IMG/VR virus record: IMGVR_UViG_3300012200_000004
Coordinates: 1-43,731 of that record
Source: a virus
Taxonomy: Duplodnaviria > Caudoviricetes
DNA length: 43,731 nucleotides
Strand: one strand, 5' to 3'
A model generated the notes under the pieces. That model had not been told where the DNA came from. It did not search any database and saw nothing but the letters and a program-made list of their open reading frames with translations. Shown piece by piece: positions 41,751-43,731 of the stretch; within the stretch, counting starts at the first letter, position 1; each line of letters opens with the position of its first letter. The position numbers and the translations under genes were made by a program.

Positions 41751-42125
41751 ATGGGCTACCGCAAGGTCCCGACGATCTACACCCTCGATCTGCCCCAGTA
41801 CGAGGGACTGTCCGTCCGCATGAAGTCGATCTCTTTCGGTAAGGTCCGCAAGCTGATCGCGGCCACCGAGACGGCCGATGACGGGAACTTCGACGAGCTG
41901 CTCGCCTCTATCGGTAACGGGATCGTCTCCTGGAACCTCGAAGATGAGAACGGCGCCGAAATCCCGGCCACCGAGGACGCCCTGAACGATCAGGACTTCG
42001 AGTTCGTTCTCGATATCGTCCAGGCGTGGCTCGGCTGCATGGTGGGCGTCTCCGAAGACCTGGGAAAAGGCTCAACGAATGGGTCGCAGTTCCCGGGGCA
42101 ACCCGTGACGATGGAAGCGTTGTAA
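41751..42125 (+). CDS. tail assembly chaperone (G)
   Basis: WNLED..G..IP; position before TMP; slippery site near the 3' end. Confidence 0.8.
   Translation: MGYRKVPTIYTLDLPQYEGLSVRMKSISFGKVRKLIAATETADDGNFDELLASIGNGIVSWNLEDENGAEIPATEDALNDQDFEFVLDIVQAWLGCMVGVSEDLGKGSTNGSQFPGQPVTMEAL
42062..42068 (+). promoter_or_regulatory. -1 programmed frameshift site G-GGA-AAA giving the G-T chaperone (ends 42313)
   Basis: XXXYYYZ heptamer in the correct phase; open -1 frame encodes LCDRFHCLPS. Confidence 0.85.
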
Positions 42126-42300
42126 GAATTCCGCCGGAGCTGGCCGAGGCTGATTTGATCCTCGGCCTTTGCGACAGGTTTCACTGCCTGCCGTCGGATC
42201 TCTATACGGAGGGTGCAGAAATCCTCCGCATGATCAAGATTCAGCAGTTGGGGCATCCCGAGAAATCGGAACCCCAGGAAGTAGAGGAGGAGGGAGAGGA

Positions 42301-43731
42301 ATGGCCCGCGTAAACCTGCTTATTACCGCCCGTGACATGACGGGCGAAGCTTTCCGGCGTATCGGTGAGCGCGCACGCCGCCTCGACCGAGACTTTACCC
42401 GCGTCGGCTCCAACGGTAACGCCGGTGAGGGCTTCTTCCGTGCTCTCGGCCGGGGCTTCCGGCGTATCGGGCCGGATCTTCGCCGTGGCTTCGCTGACGG
42501 ATTCCGGGGTGTCGGCACGCTCCTCCGTGACGGCCTCCGTGGGGGCGCCCAGGGGGCTATGGCCGCTATGCGGGGGATAGCCAACGGCGTCACCTCCGTC
42601 CTGAACTCGGCGTTCAACACCCAGATCCCCCCGGCCCTTGCGGGCGCTATCAGCGCAGCCGCTCCCCTGGTCGTGGCCGCCGTGGCGTTCATCGCTGGCC
42701 TGGTGGGCGCTACTATCGCCGGTGCCGTAACCCTGGCATTCGGCGGAGCGTTCGTCGCTCTGGGCGCTATGATCGCGGCCAAGTCGGTGCCGGTGAAGAA
42801 TGCCTGGAAGCGGGCGGCCGACGAGGTCAAGACTGCGTGGAAGGGTGCGGGTGACGCGCTTATCCCTGTGATCCTGCACGCTATCGGCTTGATGCGAAAG
42901 CTGTCCGACTCTTTCCTTCCGCACTTCAAGGAGGCCATGCGGGGAGCGGCCGGACCCCTTTCGGACTTCCTCGACAACGTCGCCAAGGGAATCAAGGACT
43001 TCGGCAAGCGTGCGTTCGCCCCCATGATGGACGGCTTCAACGCACTGCTCCTGGCGTTCGGCCCGCAGTTCGACTCCTTCATGCAGGGGCTGGGCGACTC
43101 CTTCGGGGCGCTTGGCCGGACCGTCGCCTCCCACTCCGGTGAGATCGCACTGGCTTTGCGGATGATCCTCGGGCTGATCACGACCATCGTGGATATCGTC
43201 AACTTCCTCGCCCAGCTCTGGGCGGGGACGCTTCGGGTCATCACCGCGGCGTTCGGTGACCTGATCGTGTTCGGTATCCGGCCCCTGTTCGACGCGATTA
43301 TGTTCCTGGCCACGAACGCCGTCCACGGGTTCGCGCTGGCCTTCGGATGGATTCCGGGCATCGGCGGGAAGATCAAGAAGGCGGACAAGGCCTTCAGCGA
43401 CTGGGCGAAGGGCACCAGCGAGCACCTCAACCGCATAGGCAACGCCGCCCGCGACTGGGGCAAGAAGATGGACGCGGCCAACCACAAGCGGACACTTCAG
43501 GTCAACATCTCGAAGTGGACGAACGACCTGGCCGCCGCAAAGAAGGACCTGAAGGACACGCTGTCCCAGAAGGCTCAGCAGAAGCTGAAGATGGAGATCA
43601 CGGACTGGACGGCCAAGCTCGCCAAGGCCAAGACCGACCTTCTGAACACCACGAAGATCAAGGCTAAGAACGCCTTGAAGGCCGACATCACCGATCTCCA
43701 GAACAAGATAGCCCGGGCCAAGCAGTTGCTG
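42301..43731 (+). CDS. tape measure protein, N-terminal part (637 aa in total across the junction)
   Basis: MARVNLLITARD start; Ala/Gly-rich helical with hydrophobic stretches; no stop before window end. Confidence 0.85.
   Translation, partial: MARVNLLITARDMTGEAFRRIGERARRLDRDFTRVGSNGNAGEGFFRALGRGFRRIGPDLRRGFADGFRGVGTLLRDGLRGGAQGAMAAMRGIANGVTSVLNSAFNTQIPPALAGAISAAAPLVVAAVAFIAGLVGATIAGAVTLAFGGAFVALGAMIAAKSVPVKNAWKRAADEVKTAWKGAGDALIPVILHAIGLMRKLSDSFLPHFKEAMRGAAGPLSDFLDNVAKGIKDFGKRAFAPMMDGFNALLLAFGPQFDSFMQGLGDSFGALGRTVASHSGEIALALRMILGLITTIVDIVNFLAQLWAGTLRVITAAFGDLIVFGIRPLFDAIMFLATNAVHGFALAFGWIPGIGGKIKKADKAFSDWAKGTSEHLNRIGNAARDWGKKMDAANHKRTLQVNISKWTNDLAAAKKDLKDTLSQKAQQKLKMEITDWTAKLAKAKTDLLNTTKIKAKNALKADITDLQNKIARAKQLL
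43609..43731. repeat. 123-bp direct terminal repeat (identical to 1-123)
   Basis: Exact match. Confidence 0.95.

Noticed and set aside
42234-43487. Long antisense ORFs (417 and 414 aa; likewise 29961-31250, 32298-33512, 28788-29762, 14012-14935)
   Set aside because: Shadow frames of real high-GC genes, with no motifs or RBS

Overview
The window is an apparently complete, circularly permuted tailed-phage genome of about 43,608 bp. Bases 1-123 are repeated exactly at 43609-43731, and the tape-measure ORF reads in frame through the junction. It is a high-GC actinophage of siphovirus type, and the SsgA-like gene and GGE-ending Pup point to a Streptomyces-like host. There are four transcription blocks. 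(i) + strand virion genes at 27618-43731 and 1-5013: TerS, TerL, HK97-type portal, ClpP-like protease, capsid, a run of small beta-rich proteins, connectors, two tail-tube-like paralogues, a frameshifted chaperone, tape measure and tail tip. (ii) - strand 5110-18593: holin-like genes, two tRNAs, EndoVII, Cas4-like nuclease, SSB-like protein, phosphoesterase, secreted GH16-like protein, a two-catalytic-domain endolysin, and a translationally coupled operon Pup - Prim-Pol - SsgA-like - MazG-like - permuted papain-like amidase. (iii) + strand 18693-23077: RHH regulator, DUF1003, AAA replication helicase, iteron cluster. (iv) - strand 23108-27187: putative early genes with an FtsK-like ATPase, conserved intergenic hairpins and an anticodon-less tRNA-like element. 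I recognise no integrase, ParA or replicative DNA polymerase. The most striking feature is a phage-encoded prokaryotic ubiquitin-like protein (Pup) with a duplicated recognition segment and no phage-encoded ligase or proteasome genes. All family calls come from motif recognition by eye; no database searches were run.
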